From assembly GCA_965153285.1 (NCBI GenBank), contig OZ229121.1: a stretch of DNA of 64,000 bases; one strand, 5' to 3'. Shown here piece by piece: positions 22,701 through 37,466 of the stretch. Both the position numbers and the translations under genes were made by a program. The notes beneath the pieces were generated by a model. It was given only the letters and a program-made list of their open reading frames with translations. It did not search any database and was not told the origin of the DNA. This DNA comes from Podarcis tiliguerta (lineage: Eukaryota). Within the stretch, counting starts at the first letter, position 1; each line of letters starts with the position of its first letter.

Positions 22701-25700
22701 TTTGAAGGTTGTAATTGACAACCCAAATCCTGTTCTTATCTATAGCTGTTGTGATGAATGGACAACTACAGTGTCATCTTGCATGAAGTGTAACTACATC
22801 TCAAGAAGTCTGATTCTAAAAAGAGAAAGTCTCATTCCAATACTCCATTGGAGATTCTCACTAATGCTGGATGAATGGGGCTGCTTCTGAAACTGTATGG
22901 GATTGTGTATGTCCCATGTCCCCACCTTCTCCTTGCCCCTTGCTCCCTGTTCCCAAGGTTTTCATGTGATGTTCATGGGTAGTGTTAGGACTTTCCTCCA
23001 GTACTGGAATAGCAGTGATGAAGCTGCTGATCTGGTAAAGACAGCATCTGCCTACAGGCCTGTGATGCTTTTCTGCCACACTATAGTAGAGTAATGGGCC
23101 TTTAGTAGTTTTTACTAGAGGTGTGCAACTGCCACAAAATTCAACTTGTATCTGTAGCTTTGAGAAGTGGCCAATTCTGTTACTCAGAACTAAATTATCC
23201 ATAACCACCTCCCCCTTCACAGAAGCAGATGGGGTTTTCAGGTACAGCAGCCCCTCCAGAGTGGATTTTTTGTATTTTTTAATGCATTTTTACAACTTAT
23301 AAATACATCATACAATATTCATCATTCTCTTGTCCTCAGACTTCCCAGTCCATCTCTCCATGGCATTCTAGGTAGTCTTTTGTCGGCTGCATAATCTATT
23401 ATTCCACCCAATTTTGTCTCAAATCTTCCTTTATTTAATGTTATCTGCTGCTCATATGTTCATTCCTACTTGTAGGTTGAATTGACTATTATACCCTCTA
23501 AGATACTCTCTAAAACACTTTGAAGAGTGGATCCAGAGTGGATTAAGCCTGCCAATTTAGAGGCAGATGCATCCGGGAATATTAAAAGTTTGTTATAAGA
23601 AAAAAATCCTGTTATTTTCTGCCAGGTGTGGTTGCAATTTGCAGGCATGCTCCCCGCTTTGGTGGGGGTGAAATTGCCAAATTTCAGCTGCAGTAATTCC
23701 CGTTCAAAGCCATGATTTTTACTATTTTGGGATGGTTGTGGTAGGAATCATAATATGGTAGCTGTGGTGGAGAAACACCCCCAGGAAAGACTGGAGTGGG
23801 TAAAATATCACCCTGAAAGGATTTTATTACACCTAGGGTCATTTGTAGATTTGGGGTGGGCTTCTGCCCCCATCAATGATTTTTTGGGATATAACCTTTT
23901 CTTTTTGTGACATATTACCATTGACTTGCATAGAGAAGGGGTGTTGGCATGGGGGGGGGGAATAGCATAGGTTAAAATAAACAGCATAGATTGAAATGAG
24001 CAGCAGTTTTTAATGTTTTCTTGAACATTTCCCCCCCCCCCCCCATTGGTGTGCTCTAGAAAATAATTAATTGTGATTAAAATCTAGACCTCTTCTTCAA
24101 ATGGAAAGATTCTCCTTGCCCTCCTGCTCCCTCCCCATCTGAGCTTAGTGTTTCTCTAGTCAGCTTGGCTTTACAGTGGTACCTCTAGTTATGAACTTAA
24201 TTCGTTCCAGAGGTCCGTTCTTAACCTGAAACTGTTCTTACCTAGAGGCGTGCTTTTGCTAATGGGGCCTCTTGCTGCTGCTGTGCCACTGGCACACGAG
24301 TTCCATTCTCATCCTAGGGCAAAGTTCTCAACTCGAGGTAACTTCCAGGTTAGCGGAGTTTGTAACCTGAAGCGTTTGTAACTCGAGGTACCACTGTACT
24401 TAAAATAATAATAATAATAACAATAACATGCACTTTAAAAATGCAGTGCTTTAAGGGCAACTGAGTCCACAAAGTGAATTGAGACTTTAGGGAGTCCGTC
24501 ATCTGACTCAAAGTGCCTTAACAGTGCTTGGGACTATGAAAAGCTCACACAAATCACCCCTTTTTGACTCATAATTTTGGAGGTACACAGAGATGATGCA
24601 CATCTCCAGTATTTACCTTTTAAATTCACCTGTGTCACGGATCCATGCTTCAAGGTATTAGATGTTTAGACTTGCATGGATTCTTCATTGTTCATCTTTG
24701 GTTAGAAAATAGGGGTAGCAGTATTAAAATATAAGGTAATGGGTTATGTTTGCCAATATCTTAGTACTGTACATCAAGAATATTTCTGTGGGGAGCTTCA
24801 TTTTTAAAGGATGGTATGCAATTGTGACTTTACTAGCATCAGTAGAATGGGGAGGGAGACAATTATTAGGGAGTTGAGTAACTCTCTGGAGCAGATTTAG
24901 GAGGATCACCAAAAATTACTTCCCTCCCTGTTCTGCCGATGGATCCCTTCAATCAGTGGGCAGTCACCATTGTATATAGTACCACTGTGGGAATCATCTT
25001 GTTCCCATAATCCATGTAGAAATTAATACAGATCATCTTGACCAATTTGCTTGGAAGTAAAGTCAAAGGTAGTAAATGTGTGCTTGTCATTTTAAAAATA
25101 GTAGAATAAATTTAATCTTGGGGGTATTCATCCTTTCCAGAAAATAACGTGAGGCCTAAACTTAAGTTGCTTACAATTCAAAGGGCTTGCTCTTAATGGT
25201 GATCCCCATTTTGAAACTGAGATACTGGTATGATCACTTTGTACCTGGAGCAGGGGCATGTCTTTCTGGAAAATGCCTTTCTGTGGCTAGAACTTGGAGT
25301 GAATGAACGTACTGTACTGGGTAGGTGGGTATAAACTTGAAAATATGAAAATTGGGGGAAGGTAGCAGAAGCTGTTAGGTTGAACAGCCACTCCAGAAGT
25401 ATATTGATCCATTTGGTTGTACAGTAGTACCCAAGTGGGCTCTTGCATGTTTCCTCGTTGACAGGAATGAGTGTGAACCTTTGTATGTAACCATGTTGGG
25501 TGTAAAAAAACAGGACTTTTATGTTACTGCCTCTTGGAGACCTTTGTGGGGTCCCTGAAAGTTCTGTGTGATATAAAAACCACAAGAGACACTAATTGAA
25601 TGCCTGATCATGGGGCGGTTTCCTAGTGGATTAGCTTCCCGATGATGATGATAATTATTTAATTTGTTTGTCTATTTGCTTGCTTACCACCCACCTGACC

Positions 25701-28700
25701 GGGTTACCCCAGCCACTCTCTGCAGCTTCCAACAAATTAAAACACACTAAGACATTAAACATTAAAAACTTCCCTATACATGTACAGTGCTACCTTCAGA
25801 TGTCTTCTAAAAGTAAGATAGTTGTTTATTTCCTTGGCATCTGATGGGAGGGTGTTCCCCAGGGCTGGTGTGACTATTGAGAAGGCCCTCTTCCTGGTTC
25901 CCTGTTACCTTAATTTTTGCAGTGAGGGAACTGCCAGAAGGCCCTCGGAGCTGAATCTCAGTGTCCAGGCTGAATGCTGGATTTAATTTTTCATAATTCC
26001 TAACACAATTTATTTAGAACAGAATGGTAGGTATAATAGTAGGCAGGGAAGTTTGATAAATCTGGAAGTCATCCTTTGAAATGTTAAGTTGTTTAACATG
26101 GCTGTTCTGATCTTCATTTGCACTTTAATGAATTAAGTCTAATTTTATATCCATTGAACTTGTTAGAACATATTTGTAAGAGTAGACATGTTTAGGATTT
26201 AGCTGTCAGACATTTTTCAATTTTGGCTTCAGTTGAATTAATTTTTAAAAGGAATTATATAAACATATAAAGAAAAATATATTGTCTTCAGTTAAATCCA
26301 TCCTTTAAAAATTATTGAAAACTAAATATCAAGTATTAATAAAATTATAAAACAAAGACAAATGTAATCTTCATAAATTCATATTGACATAATTGCCAAT
26401 AAGCACAGACCAAACAAAATAGAGAAAATTAATACTTGTTGGGCTATTTGTATTTTTATTATTCTGCCAGGAAAATAGATGTAGCATTTGCTTTCTGTAA
26501 ATCAGGTAAGTTAATTCTGCTGGGCAAATTTAGTTTTGTAGCTATTGTCACTTAGTGACTAAAAAGTTTGAATCATAGAGATTGCCCTTCTGTAAGCTAA
26601 ACTTTTAGAATTAGAGAGTTCTCAAACTCAAGATTCAGTTTATGACACAGCTAATATTCTTAGCCTAGCTTCCCTCCCCCTCTTACTGCACAAATTATTA
26701 ATGTGGAAATATTAAGCCTCAATGCCTTTTTGTGCCATTGAACTTAACATTTTTGCTTAAGCTTGGAAAATGATGTAGACCTCTTGAAAATCTTTATAAT
26801 TTGTTCCAAGGCAAGATTCCAGGTTCAGGTTATCTGTACAGTGGTACCTCGGGTAACAGGCGCTTCAGGTTACAGACTCCGCTAACCCAGAAATAGTACC
26901 TCGAGTTAAGAACTTTGCTTCAGAATGAGAACAGAAATCGTGCTCCCTCGGCGTGGCAGCAGCGGGAGGCCCCATTAGCTAAAGTGGTGCTTCAGGTTAA
27001 GAACAGTTTCAGGTTAAGAACGGACCTCCGGAATGAATTAAATTCTTAACCCGAGGTATATGCATGGGAAATTTAGGACTCCTTTCAAGCAGCAGCCATC
27101 CATACGCATAAAAAGCCTCTAATAAAGTTCAGAGGCCCATCCTACAGCAACAACCCAAAATGTATGGAGGGCTGTTATTGGAATGTGGTTTTGACCCTCA
27201 CCCCAATGCAAGAGCAGAAGCAGTTTATGCTCATGCCAAGTTTGGTTTTTAATCTCATGTTTTAAAACTCTTATCATTTATATTGAAAATGATGCGTAGC
27301 TGTTGAATATCGTAAAGGGGTGTGTGTGTGTGTGTGTATTGATCCAGGAGTAAAAACAAGCTTCTATGTGCAAACCTTGTATCTGGCAGGCACATGTGTT
27401 GGATACAGTGCTGTTGCACTAACTAATGATTGCTACTGGTGTCAGGTCCATCAAATATGATGGTGACTGATCACTTGTTTAGAGAGAAAAGCAGTGAAAG
27501 AGCACTTGTTTAGAGAGAAGCATTCTGGTGATGAGTACTTTTAGAGTGGTTGCTGCTAATCACATTTTAGGTCATATAGGCAAGTACAGCAGTGGATATA
27601 GCTGCACATTCTTCAATGTTTTTGGATCAGCAACGGTATTTTCTTCTCCAGTGCAAAAAGAGTATGAGTATTAAATATACTTAAGGACAATTTCAAATAA
27701 TATCCCTTAGAAAGCATTCCCTAAAAGAAGAGCTGCCAATTTGTTGTTTTGGCAAAACATTGATCTGTGCCATTTTTCCCCCAACTCCAGAAGTTATACA
27801 AGATGGAAGTAGGGATGTATTGCTTTTCTATAAAATTAAAATAGACAGCTTCCAGAGATTAAACAGGGATAATAGGAAAAACTATTATAATGTCCAAACC
27901 ATCATTAAACCTACCAGTTATTAAACACACAGAGAGATCAATATATATAAAATAGGAATCTGGTTAGGATGTTTACAGGCTTGATCCCGGAGAAGTCTCA
28001 TATTATAAAAGGTGTTCCCTAAGCTTTCCTGGACCATCTCGTGTGGATTTTAAGGCTCAAAACCAAATTGAAATTCAACTAATTGGCTTCCAGGACTGTC
28101 CCCATATGTTTAAAGTAATAGGATCATAGTGGACTGTAACTGTATAAAAACTGTGTGTTTATTTTGCTTAGTCTCGGTAGTAAAAAGTTTGTGTTGGTTT
28201 GTCTGACTTTTTTGAAAACGAAGATGGTTGGTTTGATTTTAATTAAGAAATTTGCCATCTCACAGTTCTTTAATTACTAGTAGTAAAATCACTTCTATAT
28301 ATGTTGGAAATGGTTCAATGAAATCGCATCTGTATCTGGTAAATCATGGCCTCAATTTCCAAAACTTCTTTCACTTATTGTTCAACTAATCCAGTGTATT
28401 ACTAAGCCTAGCAGATTTGCAGAATGGTTCCGTTGCGGTTCTGTTTTTTCTCAGTATTTCATATAGCATATGTTTTATTACCTCTGGTGCTAGCTGCCAT
28501 TTTGCAATGATCTATAATGTGCATCTCAATATAATGGAGAACATATTTGACTTACAATAAAAAGGACATAATATTATTTGTCCTGCAAGTAGACATCTAG
28601 ACCCTTTCCAAAAACTTTGACCCATCCCAGTGCAAGAGCAGAAGCATTTTGTGCTCTACTACAGAAATGGTCTTGAAATTATCCCTTTCTGAAGCGTTCC

Positions 28701-31700
28701 CCCCCCCCAAAATTTTTTATTGATTTTTCACTAACTCTTTCTGAATTGTTATATTGAAGAATAACTTAAAAACAGACAAGGTTTGCCTGTGCAATCAAAA
28801 CTTCTGCTTATAAAAATACTTGTGTCTAGCACTTGAGTTGCTGAACAGCTGTAAAGTAGAGTGTGTATGATTTTAATTAAACACAGGGAAGACAGGATGC
28901 TGGTGATCATGGGTTCCTGCAGTATCAGAATATGCAGCTTGTTGTGGGCAGAGTTGTGGTCCCTCTGAAGCAGCTCATGTACAGATTTGGGATACTCTCT
29001 AACTTAGTGTTTTCCTTGGATGCACATGTAGGAGTGGCTATCAGGGGTGCCTTTCCCTAGCTACAGCTTGTTCACTAGCATGAGTTCCTAAAGAAGGTTG
29101 GCCTGGTATTAGTTACTCATAGCATAGTTTGGTTACTTCCAGACTAGATTACTGTAATGCTGTCTATGTGGAGTTGCCTTTGAAAACCAGAGACTTCACT
29201 TAGAACAAAATACAGCTGCCAGACTCCACGCCCCCCGTAGGAGAAAATGGATGGGAAAAGATGGTTATTTGGGAATACGGTTGGGCAGGCAGGTTAAGTT
29301 CCCACGTGTGACTTCTTACTGGTATTTAGTTGTGAGATCTATCCAGGCTTGAACTAAGGCACTTGCCAGCAACATTTTCGGTTTCGTAAATTAGAACTGC
29401 CCACATCTCCTTAACAAGGAAACAATGCTTTGTGAAACTTGCAGCCTGATTCCATGCAGAATTAGACAGAATGTCTTGCCAGAGTGGTGCATGCTTTAGT
29501 TATCTCCCACTTGGACTACTGCAATGTGCTCTACGTTGGGCTACCTTTAAAGGTGACTCGGAAACTGCAGCTAATCCAGAATGCGGCAGCAATACTGATG
29601 ACTGGGAGTAGCCACCAAGACCATATCACACCGGTCCTGAAAGACCTAGATTGGCTCCCAGTACGTTTCCGAGAACAATTTAAAGTGTTGGTACTGACCT
29701 TTAAAGCCCTAAATGGCCTTGGCCTAGTATACGTGAAGGAGCATCTCCATCCCAACCCTTCAGCCCGGACACTGATGTCCAGCTCCGAGGGCCTTCTGGT
29801 GGTTCCCTCCCTGCGAGGCTACAGGGAACCAGGCAGAGGGACTTCTTGGTAGTGGCACCCGTCCTGTGGAATGCCCTCCCATCAGATGTCAAGGAAATAA
29901 ACAACGGTCTGGCTTTTAGAAGACATCTGAAGGCAGCCCTGTTTAGGGAGGTTTTTAATGTTTGATGTTTTATTATGCTTTTAATTCTGTTGGGAACTGT
30001 GGCTTTAGGTGCACCTAATCTGCATAGGATTGGATTGCCAGCACAGCCAGGTGATGGAGGTTGTTAGCAATGTGTGCACTTGTGTTGGATCAAGAGGGAG
30101 CTGTACCCTGCTCTTAGTAGACAGAGGCAGTTAGTAGCCCCTACATTGAATCTAGGGTGAAGGGTGAACTTGACATTTTAACTGGACAGCAAGAGACAGG
30201 CCCTCAAAATAAACAGTTGTTTTGTAGTTAAGTGCTACATAAACTAGCAGAAGCAAATTGCAAGCTCACAAATTCACCCCTCTTCCAGCATTGCTATGAG
30301 AAGGAGGAGATTGGAAGCATCTGTTTCCTGTTTTAAGCTAACTGCACTACATCATGTCTGAACTGGGGAAACACTGATTAAACATGGTTTTGTTACAAAT
30401 CATAAACCACAGTTTGATTCTGATTTGTTTCAACAAGCCATCATTTAATGTTGTGTCCAAAACATGTCATTCATTGTCAACAGCATATTTGGAGGTTGTG
30501 CCATTTAGCTGAGCCCTAGTAGTGGCAAAAGAAAGAACCTAAAAACAGACATCTTTCTGTGTTTGGGAGGGAGCTTGTGCAAGAGAAAGGGAATGGCAGT
30601 ACAGAGGTAGGTATTAAAGAGGACCTGAAACATAGGGGTGTGGTGCAACATTCACCAGCCTAACAGGAGGCCTAAAAACTATACTGTTGGCATCTGTGGC
30701 CATCCTCCCATCATTCCATTCAGAAGCATGGGTGTTTGGCCATGGATTGGGTGAATAAAATTAACAAAAGATTGGCAGAACATGTTGCTTGCTGTACCTG
30801 TAATAATTTTGCTTAGTTTTGCATTTAAACAAATTAAGTTATGATTAAAATCCAGATATTGAATAAAGACATTTTAATTGGCTTGGGTTCTATCTCTCCT
30901 ATGTGTTGGTTTTCATAAAAATAATACCTGCTGAGTTAGGAGTATACATTAATGTAAATGTGCATAGACATGCAGATTCAGCAGTACAATCTTATGCACG
31001 TTTACCTTAAAGTAAGTCCCACCATGTTGAATGTACTAATTCAAGGTAAATTTGCATGAGAGTGAGCCTTTAATAGTAGAATAGTTGGACATAGACAATA
31101 AAGAAGTATACAGCTAGACAGATCTACAATTTTTTCTGTCTAAACTGGAATAATTTTTAAAGCAAGGGCCTTGCCTATTTTAGAAGCTAGAACAGAGATG
31201 AGCAAAAATCTGGAACTGCAGTTCATTCCTTTCTCGTGAACTTGAATAAGTTTAAGCCTCTACCTCCTTCTGATGGCGGTGGGGGATATTAAGATGGCCT
31301 TTCCTGTGAGTTTTACGGATTTGGTTGCTTTCTAACATATTTTGGGGTTTTCCTAATGTTCTTGGTGCTCTTGGTTAAACCATAGGAAATCATGGTTTGT
31401 AGATGCCCTCTTTTGTATTATAAACCCTATTCATCTCGGTATTCTGAGGATTTGAAAGTGAAGAAATAAGCACGTTGTTGGCTAGAGAGCAAATTATGGA
31501 GAACAGATTAAATTTGTAAGAAACTGATGGCAAATAACATGCTATATCTCTGACACTATTGTGTCTGTTTTATGTTGTCTAGAGGAGTTGTCCTGTGTGG
31601 CAAAAGGTCTGTTGCAATCTTGCCAGCAGGGCGAAGAAGTCTGGCTGTGCCAAGTTTGCAATAAACAGTACAAATAATCGCACTTTGATTCAGTGGCTAT

Positions 31701-34700
31701 TTCAGGAGTGGTGGTCACAAAAGTGTTCTCTGGTTGGTCTTGTTGGGTACTTTTCAGCTTGTGCAACTTGAGGATATGGACAAGTTATTTGGAAAGATGA
31801 GAGCTACCACATGCACTCTTGATCCTTAACCTTCCTGGCTTATTAAATCTGTCAGGCAGTTGGTTCAGATAAGATAGTAAATCCTTTATTGTGGGAAGGA
31901 GAAGTTCTAATGACCCTGAAAGAGGCTGCAGTGAAAAACCATCTTAACACATAATTTACTCCCCTCCACATGCTTTTTCTTCATGTTATCAGTATAATTG
32001 TGGCGTGTGTTGCCATTTTGTTGCCATTGCTTAGCAATGATTTGACTCCTAATTGTCTACTTCAGATTGCCAGAAATCTACCAGTAAATTCCTATCTACC
32101 TTTGGTCCATCGTGTATTGAATTTTCCTTACCTGGTTAAGGTGATGAACATGTGATGACAATATTGCACTAGGTTTTCTTGGGTGAAACTGATAATTGGG
32201 ATCCTTTCCAGTCTGGTTTCCAGGCTTGGTTTTGGAACTGAAACTGCTTGGTTGCCTTGGTGGTGGTTGTTTACTGGGTGATAAATTGGGGGGCGGGGAG
32301 TTGGCATTTGTCTGTCTCGAGACAATGGAGTGTACCTCCGGGGTTGTTGTCAGACCACACAGAAGTGACCTAGGGGCACAAGCCTGGGCAGTGTGTATGG
32401 AGGAGGTCCTGGGCCATCCAGAAGACACAACCCCTGATGTGGTCTAAAGGAATTAAAGCAATATGTTTGGCACCAGCTTGGCTGCAGGGGTTGCTAGGAG
32501 GTGGTGTACAAGGTGCAATCCAGCTGTTTTAGGGACTTCACTCCAGATTTGTGTATGATTTATTCCTTAGCCTTTTCTTCTTCCAAAGATATCTCACAAA
32601 GCAGCAGAGGTTTAGGATCAGAGTTTTCCTTCTCCTGGGTGGACTACCTTCCTAGGTTGACAAGTCCCACCTGCCCCTCACTTCCCTCTGCAGCACTTTC
32701 AGAAACTTCCTTCTTGACTGTAGGACCCACTATTGGTCTCATCCGCTCAATCCACTGGAGCCTATCTTTGCATGCAGGGGAAGTCCCTCGTTTACCTGGC
32801 TTAGCTGGCCTGTTGAAGCAGTTTCCTGGGGTGTGGCCACTGCCACATGCTGACAGCTTCTAGGAGCCAGAGGTGAGAGTTGAGTGCCAGGTGGGAACCA
32901 AAGGTAGACACTCCAGAAGGAGGATGACGAGTCCCCTACAGGAGGTATTATCTCTCACTTAATGCCCCATATACCCCTCCCCAGAACCCCTGGGAAGTGT
33001 ATCCCTGTTAATTCCCTTAGTCCTCTTGGTAGCTTTTGATGCCATCAGCCATTGTATCCTTCTGGGTTATTTCTCCAGGTTAGGAGTGGGGAGTCCTGTT
33101 CTGAAGTGTGTGCTCCAGAACATCATGCTGGGAGACTGTTAACATGACCATTGGCCTGTGGGATGCCACAGTATTTCAGCCTGTCTTCCATGTTTTAACA
33201 TCTACATGAAACAGATGGAAGATGCTTTCCAGAAATTTGAGCTAAAGTGTCATTAGTATGCAGATGATACTTGGCTCTTAATCTCATTTCTAATTTCTAA
33301 TCTCAGGGAGGCAATGGAAATACTGAATTGTAGACAGGCAGCTGTTTTGGCCTAGATGAGGGTGAACAAACTGACAATCTGGACAAGATGAAATAATCAT
33401 GGATTAGGTATTCTGTCTGTTCTGGAGGTGCTTTCAGTCCCATTGAAGCATCACATTTGAAGTTTAGGAGTTCTCTTAGGCTCAGATATGTGCTGGATGC
33501 TAAGGTGCAGGCAATGACCACGAGTGATCTTTACTGATTCTGTCTTGAATGCAGACTGTGTCATTTCCAGGAGAAATTAGACCTAGTGTCAATCATTCAT
33601 GCTCTTGTCAGCACCCTGTTGAATTATTACAATGCACTCTACATGGAGCTGCCATTGAGTACAGTCTGAAAGCTACTGTTGGTTCACAATGTGGCTGCCC
33701 AGATTCTGACAGAGTGCTTGTTTATATTGCTTTCAGGTTCAATTTAAGGTGCTGACTTTGATCTTTTAAAAATCCCTAAAGTGGGACCAGACTATATTGG
33801 GAATCACATTCTTCCATATGAACCTACTTGGGACTTTAACACCACTTCATAGATTTCTTTTAGTTCTGCTGCTGTCTGAAATAGGTTATATGAGGACCCA
33901 GGAAAATGTGGTGTTGGCAGAATAATCTCACCGCACCCCTTTCAGTGGGCAGTGAAGATTATTTTAAGCAAGTTTTTGTAAGATTCTGACTTTATCAAGT
34001 GTTTTGCTGCTATTTTTAAATGCTCGACTGTGGTTTTGCTATAATTTATTGTGGCTGCCAGTGATTATTTTATCTCTGTATTATGTTTGAGCAGCCTTGT
34101 GTGCATGGTTCAGTAATATAAATAATAAGCATTCTGAGAATGTTTTCCTGCCTTGTACATTTAACACATACCAGTGAGCCATGGGAAGTTGGTGAAATCA
34201 TCCCATTCATGAATTGGAAGTTATGTTACTGGGTTCTGGTAAGGTGAAATGCTTCAGCAGATGCATGTGAGGCAGAGTAAGATAGTTGAAAGTAGGAAGT
34301 GGTAGCATAATACTAAAATGTCACTTATTTTTCTACTTGACTAGATGTAGTACTGCTTGGGAAAGAAACTGGGCTACTTGCATTCTTCCATTCTTGTATT
34401 TCTTACCTTTATCTAGAAGATGCTTGGCAAAAATTTGTTGCCTTTGCTTTACCAAGGGTGCCTGTACCAAGCATATCTCTTATATATAATTCAGGGGAAT
34501 CTTTTCGTTTCCTTGCCTGTTCTCTGTTGAAGTTCCTCCCAACCTTAATCTTTACCCTGCACTTATAAGCATGTATGTACACAGCCAGAGGGAAGAACAA
34601 GCCCATGCTGGTGTGAGAAATATACTGTGTTTTCTAAACAACTGTTTAGGTGGAGTCTCTCCATCCTGAAGAGAAGCATTACAATTATTTAATTATGCAT

Positions 34701-36735
34701 GCATGCATACATGCATACATGCATATATACCCCGCCCATCTGGCTGGGTTGTCCCAGCCACTCTGGGCAGCTTCCAACACACATAAAAATAATAATAAAA
34801 CATCAAACATGAATAGTAACAATCTAATCCAATATAAAAAGTCATAGTAACTTTAAAATAAACAATTTATATCAAATAAAGCAGTATTCAGTAATCCAAT
34901 AGAATCCAATAGTAAATAGTAAAATTAAACATCAGCACATAATAATTAAACAGTTTACACCTACCAGTTACAATAAAGAATTACTAATCTATAATCAGTA
35001 AAAAATTACAGCAAATCACAATGCATAAAATACTACAAAACCATGTAAAATGATCAAATTGAGAAACAAGGACACACAACTTACAAAATTATTTTTTAAA
35101 AATATCTCTGAACTCCTCTTTTCCCAGCTGCTTTTGCTGCTCTCAAAAGTCATGGTCTGATAGACTCCCAGGGCTGGAGGGTGGGGCAAGGCAGATGGAA
35201 AAGCCATTGCCTGCAGAAAGTCTCTCTCCTCTCACTACTATGGTAGTATAGGATCTATAGTCTCCCTCCCCACCCCCTCAGTATAGAATAGCATTAAGAG
35301 CTCTTGCTGTGCCCTCTCTCCATGTCGGTGCCAACCCTTGGGAAACTGGGTTAGCATTCACGGGGTGAGGTGACATTTATGGTTCAGGCATTTTTGTAAA
35401 CCCAACAGTACAGGAAAACATAGTGCTACTATGGCTCCCACATTTTCAGAGCAATGCAAATTTTGAGCCCTGTAAATGGTGTCTTTACGGCCACCGATAA
35501 AACATAGTGGTATCCTTTCACTATTTTTCTACCAAGAGAAAGTTTACTTGTGCAATAGTGACAGAACTGCTGTGATCATCTGTAGAGGATGCTTATTAAG
35601 CTAAGTATTAAAATAAGTGCTTTGTTTTAGGTTTGGATTACTAATATACAGTTGACTCGCCACTTCTGTGGGAGTTACTTTCCATGTATGGCATGTAAAG
35701 CTGAAATAACCCTGAATCTGCCCCCACCCAAGCATCCCTACCTTTCTGAAGCTGGCGGTCTGAACAGGCCTTTGCCCTCCATGCAGTGTGGAGAGCTTTT
35801 AAACTGTCCACACATTTGTGCATTTAAAATGTTCAATATTAACAGGCCAGCCACCAAGTGTGTAAAGCTGTGATTGTGGAAGTTAAATGCCATGCAGGGT
35901 GCAAGTTGGCTATTACATTTGAAGGATATATTTGGTGAGGTCCAAAACTTTTGGAGAGGATGCTTTTGTTCTTTCTCCTAGTTCTTGGCATTGGCTTACT
36001 TTGAGAGAATTCAAGATGCTGCTCGCATTCTTTCAATAGAGAGCATTTGTTTTAAAGCCATACCTCGGGTTAAATATGCTTCAGGTTGAGCGTTTTCAGG
36101 TTACGCTCCATGGCGACCTGGAAGTAACGGAATGTGTTACTTCTGGGTTTCGCCGCTTGCACATGCGCAGACGCTCAAGATGACGTCATGTGCGGAAGTG
36201 GTGAATTGCGACCTGTGCACGCGCAGATGCGGGGTGCGTTCGCTTCAGGATGCGAACAGGGCTCCGGAAATGATCCCGTTCGCATCTAGAGGTACCATTG
36301 TATTTATAGCATAAAAGCATTTCTGGATACTACATAAGGTGGTAAAAAATAAAATTAGAAGTTTGGATAACGTAATGCGGGGGTAGGGAACTTCTGGCCT
36401 ATGGGCCTCATTAGGCCTACCAGGTTTTTCTGTTTCACTTGCAATGCCATTTTGGGCAAGCCATGCCTATTTGCCCTATACCTGATGTCACATCTTAGGA
36501 AATGTATGCTTGCAATACAAACACTATTTACTAAAATAATGCAAAATTGTAGTTTACATGTGATAGGCATTCAAAATTAGGAAACATAAGCTACGTGAGG
36601 TATGTTCATTCGCTTATTTTTTTCAGTTTTGTTAATGTTTTATCAATTATAAATGCCTTATTGATTTGTTAAACATATAATATGACTTATGCTGTAATTC
36701 TGATGTTTTGCTTATTTATATAATATATAAATATA

Positions 36736-36770
<35 letters not shown>

Positions 36771-37466
36771 GCAGGTTTTGGTGTCCTCGGGTGTCTTCCC
36801 GTGTAAAAGTTGGGGTGTCTAGGCGACGTTTCGACGAGGTCTCACTCGTCATCTTCAGGCTGGTGCTTTCGGCTTCTTGTTACTGGAACAGAGCAGGATC
36901 TCAGTGTTTGAGTTCCTATAAATACTGTTGAGGAGGTGTGGTGTATGCTGCACCCCCCTGCAATCCCTACACAGATCTGGCTGGCACAGGCCACAAAACC
37001 ACAGCTCGCCCCTATACACGAAGCCAAGCCAGAGCACAACCAAGTGCAGTACAGCCATCTTCTCAGAAAAACTCTTCACAAAGTTCAAGAGTTCAAAACA
37101 CGAAGGCTTTAGCAACTAATCCACACCTAATGACCCACCTAAGTGGGATTCAGGAAATCACTCAAGAAATCACTCAAGATATCCCTCAAGTAATTAAGGA
37201 ACAAAAGAAGAAAAGGCACACTAGCCTGGGAACCTCCTCTCTGCCCAGAACATTGGAGGCTATACACCACACCTCCTCAACAGTATTTATAGGAACTCAA
37301 ACACTGAGATCCTGCTCTGTTCCAGTAACAAGAAGCCGAAAGCACCAGCCTGAAGATGACGAGTGAGACCTCGTCGAAACGTCGCCTAGACACCCCAACT
37401 TTTACACGGGAAGACACCCGAGGACACCAAAACCTGCATTCCTGTACCCGTGAAAATCTACGAAAG

